A DNA stretch of 63,918 nt, counting the filler, from Lenisia limosa (taxonomy: Eukaryota; Protista; Breviatea): assembly GCA_001655205.1 (NCBI GenBank). It is 14 parts of 14 records of this genome, joined end to end, with 100 filler letters (N's around TTAATTAATTAA, not from the genome) between each part and the next. Parts side by side here need not be neighbours in the genome. Positions count along the whole stretch, not along the records: positions 58,632 to 62,509 come from LPNZ01001357.1; positions 62,610 to 63,918 come from LPNZ01002442.1; 12 more parts are not named here. The stretch is one strand, 5' to 3'. How positions within the stretch are numbered: position 1 is the first letter of the stretch; the number at the start of each line of letters is the position of its first letter. Made by a program: the position numbers and the translations under genes. Below are positions 62,283 through 63,918 of this stretch, piece by piece. The notes under the pieces are model-generated. The model was not told the origin of the DNA, did no database searches, and saw nothing but the letters and a program-made list of their open reading frames with translations.

Positions 62283-62829
62283 GTAGGCTGGGTTATTGCT
62301 GAGAGGAAGGGGTGGGCTGGGTTATTGCTGAGATATTTCACTTTGTTTGACTAAAGTAGCATCAAGAACCCCGTGCGCTATATTGTGCTCTGCAGTAAGT
62401 GCCACAGTAAGGTACGCTGACTCGTTTGAAACGGATTCGGTTTCTATCTTAATCCTTATAGGTTTGTTGTAACAAACCCTCGTGTGATGTCAGTCAACAG
62501 AGTTGATTTNNNNNNNNNNNNNNNNNNNNNNNNNNNNNNNNNNNNNNNNNNNNTTAATTAATTAANNNNNNNNNNNNNNNNNNNNNNNNNNNNNNNNNNN
62601 NNNNNNNNNCCCCAATCCTTGCCCCCTACATCTCGGTAGTTGCGTCCGTCAAACAGCTCCGGGGTACCTCGAGAACTGCGATGGTGAGGGAAGAATTTCA
62701 AATGAATAGTGATCAGGATACATATTACAGCTACATGTACATTGTTATTCATGGGGGATATGCGTACATTGTTATTTCTACGCCCAAAGGTGGTTGTCCA
62801 AACCACCAGCATATGTATGTATACATGTA

Positions 62830-62905
62830 CAGTGACCGGGATAAGTCTTGACCAATTTTCCTTCGGAAATCATAGCAAATCGGTCAAGACTTATTCCGGT
62901 CACTG
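62830..62905. mobile_element. Family C MITE, best copy
   Basis: ta|CAGTGACCGGGATAAGTCTTGACC...GGTCAAGACTTATTCCGGTCACTG; ~24-bp TIR. Confidence 0.85.
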
Positions 62906-62930
62906 GATAGCAATGGGAAATAAAAAATAA

Positions 62931-63013
62931 GGTTGTATCTAGCCGAAGCCGTCTACACCATCACGCCTATTAGAGATATTGGATTATAGTATAATATTAT
63001 TTCACCAAATCAT
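62931..63013 (-). repeat. Family B element
   Basis: ggttgtatctagccgaagccgtctacaccatcacgc...caccaaatcat. Confidence 0.8.
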
Positions 63014-63295
63014 CTACCTTAAAACTCTGTGCACACAGCTCTCTGCGTGCCTCCCCAGCATACGAATGAATAATAGTAATAACCACCGACGGAAAATGAA
63101 GCTCCCAACAAACCCTTGAGAAGGTCGAGGCTCTTGCAGCTGACTTCTTCTTCCCGAGTTTTGGGGGTATCTAAATAGATCAGATATCATTGATGTTGGC
63201 GAATTAATGTTCATTTTTTGGATGGGGTGACACTCGGTTTAGTTTGTCCATGGTAAAATAGCTATTATATCATGGACAATATCACCGAACATATA

Positions 63296-63372
63296 CAGCG
63301 ACCGAAGAAGTCTTGACCGATTTCCCTTCGGAAACCACATAGCAAATCAGTCAAGACTTATCCCAGTCACTG
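63296..63372. mobile_element. Family C MITE
   Basis: ta|cagcgaccgaagaagtcttgacc...agtcaagacttatcccagtcactg. Confidence 0.8.
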
Positions 63373-63918
63373 TTCCTGCTTAACAAGAGCGGTATTGGAT
63401 GCGTGGGGGAAGGAAAGTTGGCTAATTTATGAACCATCAAAACTGTTGAAACATACCTGCTTGACAACAGCGGACTTTGGATTGGTCGCCTGTTTTGCGA
63501 CGGCCGTACTGGAGGGTTAGATACTAATGCAGACGTTGGACGTGTGAAGAAAAAAAAAAGTTGACTGACAACATGAGGGTTGATAACAACAAAACANNNN
63601 NNNNNNNNNNNNNNNNNNNNNNNNNNNNNNNNNNNNNNNNNNNNNNNNNNNNNNNNNNNNNNNNNNNNNNNNNNNNNNNNNNNNNNNNNNNNNNNNNNNN
63701 NNNNNNNNNNNNNNNNNNNNNNNNNNACAAAGCTCCCAACCGCATTATCGTTTCACTCCCTAGAGAGTCCAGGAACTATGGGGATTAATAATAAAAAGTG
63801 AGAATGGCTTTTTTCACAATGATCAATCGCCTTAATGACCCTTTTCCCTCTCGCAGGGAGGAGAAAAAGTATTTAAGGCGGTTAGGTTGGTCATTGTGAT
63901 CTCCATTTCTAGAAATTT

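Overview
Intron-rich eukaryotic (probably protist) draft DNA in the standard code; the taxon cannot be assigned from this window. Thirteen identical 100-bp spacers (44 N + TTAATTAATTAA + 44 N) join about 14 contigs, so adjacency across spacers is unreliable. Host genes reconstructed by hand across GT-AG introns: an ABCC/MRP transporter (-), RTF1-like (-) head-to-head with a LisH/LUFS co-regulator (+), a WD40 exon, a DHHC palmitoyltransferase (-), a PHO80/CYCU-type cyclin (+), an SLC44/CTL transporter (+), a RluA-type pseudouridine synthase (-), an HNH-like protein (+), and several Q/N/M-rich or orphan genes. The 16-30 kb contig is a transposon island: intron-containing pogo-like DDE transposases (one split and inverted), a P-element-like relic and a possible CxC/KDZ relic. 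Introns carry four dispersed repeat families. A is a ~100-bp hAT-like MITE with 8-bp TSDs, C is a ~75-bp Tc1/pogo-like MITE, and B is an ~85-bp non-TIR hairpin-ended element. The best candidate for an undescribed system is family D: a ~100-150-bp sequence found about 15 times in unrelated genes, sense to the host and at the 3' end of an intron wherever the junction is visible, sometimes making up nearly the whole intron (introner-like or a structured splicing element). All protein identifications are by-eye motif recognition; no searches were run.
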